From: Gammaproteobacteria bacterium
GTDB lineage: Bacteria; Pseudomonadota; Gammaproteobacteria; Eutrophobiales; Eutrophobiaceae
NCBI GenBank assembly: GCA_965116495.1
Contig: OZ220696.1
Coordinates: 3,744,001-3,808,000 of the forward strand
DNA: 64,000 bases
Direction of reading: 5' to 3'
Shown: positions 39,390 through 49,591 of the stretch, one piece after another
How positions within the stretch are numbered: position 1 is the first letter of the stretch
How the letters are laid out: the number at the start of each line of letters is the position of its first letter
The notes under the pieces: model-generated
The model's input: the letters and a program-made list of their open reading frames with translations, nothing else
Database searches by the model: none
What the model was told of the DNA's origin: nothing
Translations under genes and position numbers: made by a program

Positions 39390-42300
39390 ATGAACATTAA
39401 TTACCAGAAACAATTCTTTATTGCGGCGATTCTGCTGGTTGGCATCAACCTGTCAATTCCCGGTACCGTTTACGCTGCTGACGATCAAATTGATTCGGAC
39501 GAATTGAGCGGTCTCAGCTACCGGTTGGTGGGCCCCATGCGCGGCGGGCGCGCTACCAGGGTCGCCGGGATCAGTGGTGATCCGGCAACCTATTATTTTG
39601 GTACTGCTGCCGGTGGTGTCTGGAAAACCACCGACGGCGGCGTTACCTGGTTTCCAATTTTTGACGACCAGCCGGTGAGCGCTATCGGTGACATTGCCCT
39701 TGCGCCGTCCAACCCTGACATTATTTATGTGGGCACCGGCGACGCCAAGTCACGGGGCAATGATTCTCACGGTAACGGTGTCTATAAATCCATTGATGCC
39801 GGTGCAACCTGGCAGCATATGGGACTGGCCGGGGTCAGACAGACAAGCCGCGTCATAGTCCACCCGGAAAATCCCGACGTCGTCCTGGTCGCCGCGCAAG
39901 GCGGGTATTACGGGCCCGGTAAGGAGCGCGGCGTGTTTCGCAGCCGGGACGGCGGCAAGACCTGGAAGAAAGTCCTTTACGTCGATGAACACACCGGTGC
40001 TTATGATGTCGATTTCGTGCCGGGAAGTCCTGACAAACTCTATGCAACAACGTGGCAAATGCTGCGTAACCCCTACAGCCTCGTCAGTGGTGGTCCGGGA
40101 AGCGGCCTGTTTTATTCTTCCGACAGCGGTGACACGTGGCAACGATTGACGGGAAACGGCTTGCCGGACGGCGTGCTGGGCAAAATCGGCGTGGCAATCT
40201 CACCGGCAGACCCCAGCCGTATATACGCGGTCATGGAAGCCGAACAAGGCGGGCTTTATCGCTCTGACGATAACGGCATTAACTGGAAATACATTAACCC
40301 AAGCCGCGCACTCTGGAGACGCGCCTGGTTTTTTATGGACATCGTTCCACATCCACTGGACCCGGACACAATTTTTGTCCTGAATATTCAACTCGAAAAA
40401 TCAGTCGATGCCGGCGCGTCGTTTACAACCATGAAAACCAATCATGTCGATCATCACGACTTATGGATGGACCCTGAAAACCCGCAACGCATGCTCAGTG
40501 GTAACGACGGCGGCGCCAATGTATCCGTCAATGGCGGACTCAGCTGGGCCCGTTCCGATGACAACCAGCCTACCGGACAATTTTACCGGGTAATTACCGA
40601 TGACCGTTTTCCCTATTTTATTTACGGCGGGCAACAGGACTGGGAGACAATCGCGATTGCCAGTCGCGGCAACTGGAATGGTATCGGTTACCGGGACTGG
40701 TATCCCGTAGGTGGTTGTGAAATGGGCTGGACCGCGCCTGACAGGAGAACAAGTAATTATGTGTATGCCGGCTGTACGGATGGTGGTATCAGCCGTTACG
40801 ACCGCAAAACCCAACGCAACCAGTCAGTAGGCCCATGGCCGCTGACCAATATCGGGCACGGCGCCAAGGATGCCAGGTTCCGTTTTCAATGGACCTCTCC
40901 GATACTTATCTCCCATCACGATCCAAGCGTAATGTACAGCGGCGCCAACGTGCTGTTGCAATCCGAAAACGATGGCATGAACTGGGAGGTAATCAGTGGT
41001 GACCTGACCCGTGATGACAAAACTAAACAACAGCCATCGGGCGGCCCGATCAGTAAGGATAATGTCGGCACGGAAGTATACGGAACCATCTATGCGCTGG
41101 CTGAATCGAGTCTGAAGAAAGGCCTGCTCTGGGTTGGTACGGACGATGGATTGGTCCACGTGACCGAAAATGGCGGCAGGCAATGGAACAATGTAACGCC
41201 TCCCGAAACACTCGTGCCCGAATGGAGCCGTATCAATTCAATCGAGGCATCCCGGCACGACCCTGCCGCAGCGTATCTTTCAATTCACCGCAGGGAGTGG
41301 AATGAATACCGTCCCTACGTATTGAAAACAACCAATTACGGCGCCGGTTGGGAATTGATCACAAATGGTTTGCCCGACGACACGATTGTGCGTGTGTTGC
41401 GCGAGGATTTGCAACGGGAAGGCTTGTTATTCCTCGGTACCGAGATGGGTATGTACTTCTCGCTGGATGGTGGTAACCAATGGCAAACCCTGCAGCTTAA
41501 CCTGCCGGTCGCTCCTGTTTATGATTTGACGATCAAGGATAATGACCTCGTTGTTGCAACCCACGGCAGAGCCTTCTGGGTGCTGGATGATATCTCGCCG
41601 CTGCGCACACTGACAGCGAAACTGGCTGCAAAACCGTCCCATATTTTTTCACCCGGCGCCACTGTCAGGATCCGGGATGATTTTTCAATTCCAGCTACAC
41701 CGGCAGGCCGGAATCCGCCGCCGGGCGCGGTGATTTACTACAATCTCGGAAAAATCCCAGAGGGTCCCGTGGAGATATCGATCATCGATAGCGCAGGTAA
41801 CACGGTGCAGTCCTTTTCGTCTTCACCCGCGGCCGGTGAATCGCTGGAAACTCACGCTGCGGTGGATATGGGCGCCTATTACGGCAGGTCGTCTCCTGTT
41901 TCTACAGAACCGGGACTGAACCGCTTTGTCTGGGATCTTCGTCACCGCGGCCCCACCGGGATAGCAGGCAGTGTGATCTTCTGGCATCCGCCGAAAACAC
42001 CTCCGGTTGGACCGTTGGCCTTGCCGGGTGAGTATGAAATCCGCATGGAAGTCGATGGCACTGTATCGGCTGCAGCGCTGACGATAACTGCTGATCCGCG
42101 TATCGCATTTCCGCTGGAGGAATTACGTGAACAATTTGATCTGCACGTCAAGGTGCGCGACACACTCTCTGAAATCAGTGAATCGGTACTGGGCATTCGA
42201 CGCGTTTACGATCAAATTGATCGCATTCATGCGAAATCCGAAAACAACAAGGAGGCCGCTAGCGCAAACATGGCGTTGAAAAAACTGCGGGACAATCTGA

Positions 42301-42581
42301 TGGCCGTGGAATACGCATTGACGGAACCTCGAATGCAAGGCGCATCGGATGCATTTCATTTTCCTGTCAGGCTGGACAACCAGTTAATCCTCCTCATCGG
42401 GACTATTGCCAATTCAGACAGGGCGCCGACCCGCCAGGCCTACGAAGTCTACGAAGTGCTTAAAGGCAGGGTAGGCGAACACCTGAAGATGTTGCAGAAA
42501 TATCTTGACAACGATGTTCCCGAGCTTAATAAAAAGTTGAGGCAGGCCGGTCTGGGGCCGATTAGCGTCGGTACACTTTAA
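39390..42581 (+). CDS. Secreted VPS10/sortilin-like BNR-repeat glycosyl hydrolase
   Basis: Signal peptide; repeated S/TxDxGxTW Asp-boxes; helical C-terminal tail. Confidence 0.85.
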   Translation: MNINYQKQFFIAAILLVGINLSIPGTVYAADDQIDSDELSGLSYRLVGPMRGGRATRVAGISGDPATYYFGTAAGGVWKTTDGGVTWFPIFDDQPVSAIGDIALAPSNPDIIYVGTGDAKSRGNDSHGNGVYKSIDAGATWQHMGLAGVRQTSRVIVHPENPDVVLVAAQGGYYGPGKERGVFRSRDGGKTWKKVLYVDEHTGAYDVDFVPGSPDKLYATTWQMLRNPYSLVSGGPGSGLFYSSDSGDTWQRLTGNGLPDGVLGKIGVAISPADPSRIYAVMEAEQGGLYRSDDNGINWKYINPSRALWRRAWFFMDIVPHPLDPDTIFVLNIQLEKSVDAGASFTTMKTNHVDHHDLWMDPENPQRMLSGNDGGANVSVNGGLSWARSDDNQPTGQFYRVITDDRFPYFIYGGQQDWETIAIASRGNWNGIGYRDWYPVGGCEMGWTAPDRRTSNYVYAGCTDGGISRYDRKTQRNQSVGPWPLTNIGHGAKDARFRFQWTSPILISHHDPSVMYSGANVLLQSENDGMNWEVISGDLTRDDKTKQQPSGGPISKDNVGTEVYGTIYALAESSLKKGLLWVGTDDGLVHVTENGGRQWNNVTPPETLVPEWSRINSIEASRHDPAAAYLSIHRREWNEYRPYVLKTTNYGAGWELITNGLPDDTIVRVLREDLQREGLLFLGTEMGMYFSLDGGNQWQTLQLNLPVAPVYDLTIKDNDLVVATHGRAFWVLDDISPLRTLTAKLAAKPSHIFSPGATVRIRDDFSIPATPAGRNPPPGAVIYYNLGKIPEGPVEISIIDSAGNTVQSFSSSPAAGESLETHAAVDMGAYYGRSSPVSTEPGLNRFVWDLRHRGPTGIAGSVIFWHPPKTPPVGPLALPGEYEIRMEVDGTVSAAALTITADPRIAFPLEELREQFDLHVKVRDTLSEISESVLGIRRVYDQIDRIHAKSENNKEAASANMALKKLRDNLMAVEYALTEPRMQGASDAFHFPVRLDNQLILLIGTIANSDRAPTRQAYEVYEVLKGRVGEHLKMLQKYLDNDVPELNKKLRQAGLGPISVGTL

Positions 42582-42613
42582 ATGGCTCCGAGGGACGGAG
42601 CCATCGATGACGC

Positions 42614-42850
42614 ATGACCGAGAGCGTCGCAAAAAAGCTGACAAAACCCGGTAGATACGCGGCCGATACGACCCTGTATCTGAAGGTGAGTCCAAGCGGG
42701 GCGAAGTCCTGGGTACAACGTATCATGATTGTCGGTAAACGGCGCGATATTGGTCTTGGCGGGTTTCCGGTAGTGCGCGTGAACGATGCAAAGATGCAGG
42801 CACTTAAAAACCGGCGACTGGTGAACAACGGTGGCGATCCACTGGCCAAA
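42614..42850 (+). pseudogene. Tyrosine integrase N-terminal arm-binding (DUF4102-like) fragment
   Basis: KPGRYAADTTLYLKV...GAKSWVQR...KRRDIGLG.FP...GGDP. Confidence 0.8.
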
Positions 42851-43168
42851 TTCACCGCTGAGCAGCTCTGCAACCTGCTGGAAATCCTGTCGGACCGGCA
42901 CGGCCTTCGCTCAATACTCGTCAGCAGACAATTACCCGCCCAACAATGGCACAAGTATCAGCGACCCCATCCTTGTCGATGCCATCCTCGACCGCCTGGT
43001 GCATACCGCCTACAAAATTGACCTCAAGGGATTATCCATACGCAAACGCAAAGACGGTTTGGCGCACATTACCCCAATAGAGTCATAATTACCCAAACCC
43101 GCGTCACGACGCGTACAGGGGTGGCAGTATTCACGTGAAATGGGTGGCAGCATTTAGTGAAATACGCA
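42851..43168 (+). mobile_element. istB: IS21-family right-end remnant (frameshifted istB 3' part plus terminal repeats)
   Basis: LLEILSDRH...SRQLP...W / DAILDRLVH.AYKIDLKG.S.RK; two ggtggcag...gtgaaat repeats ending in ...aatacgCA. Confidence 0.8.
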
Positions 43169-43315
43169 GTGAGTTTTTCAGAATAACAATACCATCGTGT
43201 TAGAATTGGAAAATCCAAGCGCATAACTGAACCACTTTTTTACAAGTTGAGTAAATGCAATGACTATCACCGAAATATCAAAAATGAGTAAACTGGAGCG
43301 CCCATCCTGAAACCG

Positions 43316-43570
43316 GTGCTTGATACCTATTTGCGTGACGTGGTAAAGAAAAAGGCCCGGGTGATCAGGAATTGGATCAAACGCGGGGAGATGGCCGATA
43401 TCGACCCCTATCACCTGATCATGATGATCTGGGCGGTAACCCAGCACTACGCGGACTTCGCCGTCCAGGTTAACGCCGTGCTGGGGAAAAACCTGGACGA
43501 GCAACGCTTTTGTAACCAGACCCGGAAAAACATTAAGCGGATTATTATGAAGGGGATACTCAGGAATTGA
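43316..43570 (+). pseudogene. RutR/TetR C-terminal fragment
   Basis: IDPYHLIMMIWAVTQHYADF motif; HTH absent. Confidence 0.75.
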
Positions 43571-43606
43571 GAATTACGAATTGGGAATTATACGTAACGC
43601 CACAAA

Positions 43607-43655
43607 TCGCTCCCCGTTCGTCATTCCAGCACAGGCGGGAATGACGAGCGGGGTT
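43607..43655. repeat. Collapsed REP/RPE-like hairpin
   Basis: ccccgttcgtcattcc-agcacaggcg-ggaatgacgagcgggg. Confidence 0.7.
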
Positions 43656-43671
43656 CTGGTCTGGTCGGCTG

Positions 43672-43980
43672 ATGAATAAATTCAGAATTACCGTCGCCAG
43701 CTTCCTGGCTTATTTCGTTATGTCCGCGGTGATCTCGCCGTTGGGCATCGTCAGCGGACCGATCGCCGGGATGATCAGTTTCCTGATATTCAATTCGGCC
43801 CTGGGCACTGCGGTAGCGCCGGCCCTCAGCGCCGTTATCGTGGAAAAATACGACATGATTGCCGCGTTACGGTTCACGAGCATATGTTACTGCGTGATGA
43901 TTGTACTGCTGTTCGCCGCGCACCTGTTGCGAAGACGGACGGCCGCATCGGGAGACATGGTGAATGAACCTGCATTTTGA
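43672..43980 (+). pseudogene. Internally deleted TsgA-like MFS transporter
   Basis: First helix (ITVASFLAY...GIVSGPIA) joined in frame to the last two helices (GTAVAP..S..IVE....AAL). Confidence 0.55.
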
Positions 43981-45187
43981 ACCCTATTCAGCAGAATTCG
44001 CCCGGGACCCTTACCCGGTCTATACGCGCCTGCGTCAGGAATGCCCCGTGTATTATCATGAAAGCTGGGATGCTTGGCTGTTCTCCAGGTACGAGGATAT
44101 AAAAACGCTTGTGCTGGACGAACGCCTTGGCAGGACCATGGATCACGTTATGTCTCCTGAGGAGGTCGCGGCAGACCGCGCAAGCAGGGACTGGGATGCG
44201 GCGCCCAACCACAGCCGCTACGTAAAGGTGTCGATTATCGACAGTGAGGGGGAACTGCATGACCGTTTAAGGAAGGCGGTGTTCAGGCTGTTCACGCCGG
44301 CGCGTGTCAGCGACTTGCGGGGCTTTATCCAGAGGTTGATAGACCGTCAAATCGACGCCCTGGGATTGGTCGGCGATTTTGATTTCATCGAAGACCTGGT
44401 GGCGCCGGTGCCGGGGTTCGTGATCGGGGAAATGCTGGGAGTGCCTGCGCGCGAGCGGCCGCGGTTACGCACCTGGTCGGAGAACATCGTGCAGTTCTTC
44501 GAGCCGGAACGCACCGTTGCGCACCGGGAACTGGCCGAGCAGGCCACGACGGAGTTTGCCGCCTACCTGGAGGCCCTGGTCGCGCAGCGCCGGGAGCGGC
44601 CGGGTTGCGACCTGCTCTCGGAGATGATCGCCTGGCGCGATGGTGGCGTCCGCCTCAGTCACGATGAACTGTTGTCAACCGCCATGACCATTCTCATGGC
44701 GGGACATGGTTCCACCATCGACGCCGCTAGCAACGGTATGCTGGCTCTGCTTCGGCACCCGGAACAGGTGGCCGCGCTGCAAGCCGACCCGGGGTTGATG
44801 CCTACCGCGGTGCAGGAAATGTTCCGTTATGATGCCCCGTTGCCATATTTTCACCGTTATGCTTTGGACGATATGGAATACCGGGGCCGTTCCTTTGCAA
44901 AAGGCGCGAAGTTCGGTTTCCTGTATGCCTCAGCCAATCGTGATGAGGCCTGGTTCGCTGCGCCGGATACTTTTGACATACACCGGGAACCGAACCGGCA
45001 CCTGGCCTTCGGCGGCGGCGTGCACCACTGCCTGGGCAGCCACCTGGCGCGGTTGAACATGGAGATTATGTTCAATACCGTACTGCGGCGCCTGCCGGGT
45101 TTGAGCCTGGCTGTTGCCGAGGATGATTTGCAATGGAAGCCCGGTATCCAGAGTCGCGGATTGGCGCGTTTGCCGGTGGTGGTTTAA
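43964..45187 (+). CDS. Cytochrome P450
   Basis: DPYPVY, EMFR (ExxR), SANRD and FGGGVHHCLG motifs. Confidence 0.95.
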   Translation: MNLHFEPYSAEFARDPYPVYTRLRQECPVYYHESWDAWLFSRYEDIKTLVLDERLGRTMDHVMSPEEVAADRASRDWDAAPNHSRYVKVSIIDSEGELHDRLRKAVFRLFTPARVSDLRGFIQRLIDRQIDALGLVGDFDFIEDLVAPVPGFVIGEMLGVPARERPRLRTWSENIVQFFEPERTVAHRELAEQATTEFAAYLEALVAQRRERPGCDLLSEMIAWRDGGVRLSHDELLSTAMTILMAGHGSTIDAASNGMLALLRHPEQVAALQADPGLMPTAVQEMFRYDAPLPYFHRYALDDMEYRGRSFAKGAKFGFLYASANRDEAWFAAPDTFDIHREPNRHLAFGGGVHHCLGSHLARLNMEIMFNTVLRRLPGLSLAVAEDDLQWKPGIQSRGLARLPVVV

Positions 45188-45427
45188 ACAGAGCCTTGGA
45201 TATGTGGGGGATATGAGCAATAATCACTCATTAACTCGTTGTTTTATATGATAGTTTACAAAATACGATCTGTAATTTTCACACAATCCGTCCCACAGAT
45301 ATTGCAGGAAGTTTAAGCACTATTTCCGCTGTTATAAATCGGTTATACGTGCGGTGTCATTTTCCCGATTTTGCTCAAAACACTCCAGCTCAGGGGCAGT
45401 TATCGGCCCAAATGATACGCACAGGGT

Positions 45428-45628
45428 ATGGGTACAGCACTTTGCAAGGCCTTGCGGGAGGCAGGGGTATCGGATGAAATTGCCACCGCCGCGGCCGATG
45501 ACGCCGGGCAGACTGAGCGCCTGCAACGCGTGGAAGAGAGATTGACTCGTGTCGAGGTCACCTTGCGGGTATTGGTTGGTTTGGCGGTAGCTATCCTGGT
45601 CTTGCAATTACAACCGTTCCTTTCCTGA
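45428..45628 (+). CDS. Small coiled-coil membrane protein (CCDC90/DUF1640-like)
   Basis: ALREAGVSDE.A..AA head, heptad coil, C-terminal TM; paralogue of 63682-63900. Confidence 0.65.
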   Translation: MGTALCKALREAGVSDEIATAAADDAGQTERLQRVEERLTRVEVTLRVLVGLAVAILVLQLQPFLS

Positions 45629-45871
45629 TCACCGGCGGATGCAGGGCTTCACCCAGGCAGAGAGTACTATAGCAATCAGGAGCCGGTACTTTCTCTTACA
45701 TTGTGCTCAGAATCCTGAACCCGCATACTGATCCCGATATTTAGCAAATGGCACGCGGCGGTATGGTTGACATATTCTATATCATGCCAGATTTTTACTG
45801 TGGTTGTTATTGTGGGAACACCGCATAAAGACTATAAAAAATCATTAATAATCAGTAAGTTATAAAAAAAA

Positions 45872-45947
45872 TGGCTCCCCGGGACGGGCTCGAACCGCCG
45901 ACCTAGTGATTAACAGTCACCCGCTCTACCGACTGAGCTACCGGGGA
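45872..45947 (-). tRNA. tRNA-Asn(GTT)
   Basis: Reverse complement gives a cloverleaf with gtga-ctgttaa-tcac and a CCA end. Confidence 0.97.
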
Positions 45948-45968
45948 ATTGTGGTTGGAATAATCCTG

Positions 45969-46184
45969 TTACGCCATGGCATGCCATATCAGGCCCAGAG
46001 TCATCGCCATGTTTACGCCCACCATCCATTTGAGCACATGGATGTCTGCTTTAATTTCAGTTATATCAGCTTTAGTGGCGACCTGACCCTGACCCAATAT
46101 CGACATTGCTGCTTTCCGGGCTTTAGTTTCCGGGACATTTACACTTATAAGCGCATCGTATAGTTCCATGTTCATCATGCTCAT
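45969..46184 (-). CDS. Small coiled-coil membrane protein (CCDC90/DUF1640-like)
   Basis: ELYDAL...VPE.KA..AA, VATKADI neck motif, LKWMVG TM; GAGGAG RBS. Confidence 0.75.
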   Translation of the reverse strand: MSMMNMELYDALISVNVPETKARKAAMSILGQGQVATKADITEIKADIHVLKWMVGVNMAMTLGLIWHAMA

Positions 46185-46264
46185 GATGTCTCTCCTCAAT
46201 TTCCATGTGTTACGTATTCCTGATTGCTTCCTGGTTAACTCGCAAGCGGATTATACACATAATA

Positions 46265-47449
46265 TCAGCCCAGCGCATCCGTCAACCGTTGCATCGCCGC
46301 CTCCAGGTTTTCCATGCTGGTGGCGTAGGACAGGCGCATATAGCCTTTTGCCCCGAAGGCCGATCCAGGCACCAGGGCGACCTCGGCCCGTTCCAGCAGG
46401 TATTCGCCCAGTTCAATGTCGTTTTTGATGCCATCCAGTTTGTGGATGACACCCTGCATATTGGGGAAGCTGTAAAAAGTGCCGTCGGATGCAGTACAGT
46501 CAACTCCGTCAATGCCGTTCAGACCCGCAAGGACGAAATCATGGCGTTGTTTGAAGATCGCGGTGCTCTCGCGGATATAGGTCTGGTCGCCGTTCAACGC
46601 GGCCATGGCCGCGTACTGGGAGACGGAGGAAGGGTTGGAGGTGCTTTGTGACTGGATCTTTTGCGCCGCCTTGACCAGGGATAACGGACCGCCCAGGTAG
46701 CCGATGCGCCAGCCGGTCATGGAGTAAGCCTTGGATACTCCGTTGACCACCACCGTCCTGCCGGCAAGTTCCGGGCAGACATTGACGATATTCCTGAAGC
46801 CCTCCTGCCCCCAGAGGATGTGTTCATAAATATCGTCCGTCAGAACGGTAATTTCCGGATGTTCCAGCAGTAACGCTGCGATATCCGACAATTCCGTGTC
46901 GGAATAACTGACCCCGGTCGGGTTGGACGGGCTGTTGATCACGAGCAGGCGTGTTTTGTCGGTGATGAACCTGCCCAGTTGTTTTTGGGTAATTTTGAAA
47001 CGATGTTCAATTCCTGTCGGTATTACCACCGGCTCCGCTCCGGCCAGCTTCGCTATGTCCGGATAGGAGACCCAGTAGGGCGCCGGGATAATCACTTCAT
47101 CACCGGGGTTGAGCAAGGCCTGCATGATGTTGTAGATGCTGTGTTTTGCGCCGCAGGAGACGAGGATCTGTACCGGATCGTATTCAAGGTCATTTTCACG
47201 CCGGAACTTGTCGGCAACGGCCTGTTTTAGTTCGGGCATACCGCCTGCCGCGGTGTATTTTGTCTTGCCGTCGCGGATAGCCCTGGTTGCGGCCTCCTTG
47301 ATATGCTCAGGTGTGTCGAAATCGGGTTCGCCCGCGCTCAAGGCAATGATATCGCGGCCTGCTGTTCTTAATTCCGCAGCTTTGGCAGTGACGGCGAGGG
47401 TAGGGGAGGGTCTGACGCTCGCGGCGCGGTTTGCCACTCTGATATCCAA
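46265..47449 (-). CDS. Aspartate aminotransferase-like class I/II PLP enzyme
   Basis: GEPDFDTP, NSPSNPTG, DDIY and SKAYSMTGWRIG motifs. Confidence 0.93.
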   Translation of the reverse strand: MDIRVANRAASVRPSPTLAVTAKAAELRTAGRDIIALSAGEPDFDTPEHIKEAATRAIRDGKTKYTAAGGMPELKQAVADKFRRENDLEYDPVQILVSCGAKHSIYNIMQALLNPGDEVIIPAPYWVSYPDIAKLAGAEPVVIPTGIEHRFKITQKQLGRFITDKTRLLVINSPSNPTGVSYSDTELSDIAALLLEHPEITVLTDDIYEHILWGQEGFRNIVNVCPELAGRTVVVNGVSKAYSMTGWRIGYLGGPLSLVKAAQKIQSQSTSNPSSVSQYAAMAALNGDQTYIRESTAIFKQRHDFVLAGLNGIDGVDCTASDGTFYSFPNMQGVIHKLDGIKNDIELGEYLLERAEVALVPGSAFGAKGYMRLSYATSMENLEAAMQRLTDALG

Positions 47450-47505
47450 GCTAGGCTCCTCTTAGAGACGACTATTCGTGTATTATAATGCGGTTCATTC
47501 CGGCA

Positions 47506-49530
47506 ATGGCAAAAAAATTCAAATTACAGGCTGATTTTTCTCCTGCGGGCGATCAACCCGAGGCCATCGCACAATTATACCATTCGATCCAGAGCGGGAT
47601 CGCGCAACAGACGCTGCTGGGTGTGACAGGTTCCGGCAAGACCTTTACCATCGCCAACCTGGTCGAGAAATTGCAGCGCCCCACACTGGTCCTGGCGCCT
47701 AACAAGACCCTGGCCGCGCAGTTGTACGGAGAGATGCGGGAGTTCTTCCCGGACAATGCCGTGGAATACTTTGTTTCTTATTACGATTATTACCAGCCGG
47801 AAGCCTATGTCCCTTCCACCGATACCTATATCGAAAAAGACGCATCCATCAACGAGCATATAGAACAGATGCGCCTGTCCGCCACCAAGGCCCTGCTGGA
47901 GCGACCGGATACCATTATCGTTGCCACCGTTTCAGCCATTTACGGTCTGGGCGACCCCCAGGCCTACCTGAAAATGGTGTTGCACCTTGACCGGGGTGAG
48001 CGAATGGAGCAACGTTTTTTGCTGCGCCGTCTGGCCGAGATGCAATATACCCGCAACGAGGTGGAACTGCATCGCGCCACTTACCGGGTCCGGGGCGATA
48101 TTATCGATGTCTATCCGGCTGAATCCGAGCGCGAGGGAATACGGGTCGAGTTGTTTGATGACGAGATCGAATCCATATCAATCTTTGATCCGCTGACCGG
48201 GGAGATATACAGGCAGGTCCCGCGCATCACCATACACCCCAAGACCCATTACGTCACCGAACGCCAGATTATTCTGGACGCCATTGAAGTCATCAGGGAG
48301 GAACTGGCCGAACGTCTGGAGCAGTTTCGCCGGGAGAATAAGCTGGTCGAATTACAGCGCCTTGAGCAACGCACCCGGTTTGACCTGGAAATGATGATGG
48401 AAATCGGTTATTGCACCGGGATTGAAAACTACTCCCGCCACCTGTCTGGCAGGCGGCCCGGAGAACCGCCGCCGACCCTGTTTGATTACCTGCCCCATAA
48501 TGCCTTGCTGGTGGTGGATGAAAGTCACGTGACCATACCCCAGTTGGGCGCAATGTACCGCGGCGATCGCTCACGCAAGGAAAATCTGGTGGAATACGGT
48601 TTTCGCCTGCCCTGTGCCCTGGACAACCGGCCGTTGCGCTTCGATGAGTTTGAACACCTCTCGCCGCAAATGGTGTTTGTGTCGGCGACGCCGGGTCCGT
48701 ATGAGCATGACCGGTCGGATGAGATTATTGAACAGCTCGTGCGGCCCACGGGCCTGGTTGACCCGGATGTGGACGTACGTCCGGTTGCAACCCAGGTGGA
48801 CGACCTGTTATCGGAAATCCGATTGCGCGAGCAGCGCAATGAGCGGGTGCTGGTTACCACCCTGACCAAGCGTATGGCGGAGGACCTGACCGACTACCTG
48901 GCCGAACATGGCGTCAAGGTGCGCTACCTGCACTCCGACATAGATACGGTGGAGCGGGTCGAGATCATCCGGGACCTGCGCCTGGGAGTTTTTGACGTGC
49001 TGGTCGGGATTAACCTGTTGCGGGAGGGGCTGGACATGCCGGAGGTGTCGCTGGTAGCCATACTGGATGCCGATAAGGAAGGTTTTTTGCGTTCGGAGAC
49101 GACCTTGATCCAGACCGTAGGTCGCGCCGCCCGCAATATCAACGGCAGGGCAATTATGTACGCCGACACGGTGACAGGTTCCATCGAGCGGGCTATCCGG
49201 GAGACCGATCGGCGCCGTGACAGACAACGGCGATTTAACCAGGCCCACGGTATTACCCCGCAGGGTATACGCAAGGCGGTCACCGACATACTGGAAGGGG
49301 CCTATAGCGATCAACGCGGCAGGACGAAGCGCTATGCAAAAGTGGCAGAGCAGAAATCCGCTTACATGGAGCTTCCTCCCAACCTGTTGATAAAAAAAAT
49401 CCGCCAGCTGGAAGAGCAGATGTATCAACATGCCCGCGACCTGGAATTCGAGCGGGCAGCCGAGATACGCGACGAGATCGCGCGCATCAAGGAATTCAGC
49501 CTGGAAATCCACGAGCAGAGCGCCGGTTGA
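47506..49530 (+). CDS. uvrB: Excinuclease ABC subunit B
   Basis: [22 protein letters not shown] and C-terminal UVR domain. Confidence 0.98.
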   Translation: MAKKFKLQADFSPAGDQPEAIAQLYHSIQSGIAQQTLLGVTGSGKTFTIANLVEKLQRPTLVLAPNKTLAAQLYGEMREFFPDNAVEYFVSYYDYYQPEAYVPSTDTYIEKDASINEHIEQMRLSATKALLERPDTIIVATVSAIYGLGDPQAYLKMVLHLDRGERMEQRFLLRRLAEMQYTRNEVELHRATYRVRGDIIDVYPAESEREGIRVELFDDEIESISIFDPLTGEIYRQVPRITIHPKTHYVTERQIILDAIEVIREELAERLEQFRRENKLVELQRLEQRTRFDLEMMMEIGYCTGIENYSRHLSGRRPGEPPPTLFDYLPHNALLVVDESHVTIPQLGAMYRGDRSRKENLVEYGFRLPCALDNRPLRFDEFEHLSPQMVFVSATPGPYEHDRSDEIIEQLVRPTGLVDPDVDVRPVATQVDDLLSEIRLREQRNERVLVTTLTKRMAEDLTDYLAEHGVKVRYLHSDIDTVERVEIIRDLRLGVFDVLVGINLLREGLDMPEVSLVAILDADKEGFLRSETTLIQTVGRAARNINGRAIMYADTVTGSIERAIRETDRRRDRQRRFNQAHGITPQGIRKAVTDILEGAYSDQRGRTKRYAKVAEQKSAYMELPPNLLIKKIRQLEEQMYQHARDLEFERAAEIRDEIARIKEFSLEIHEQSAG

Positions 49531-49591
49531 GCACTATAAGCCGTCGTTCCCCTTGATCGCTGCCCATAACTGATAGTTCTCAGCATAACCG

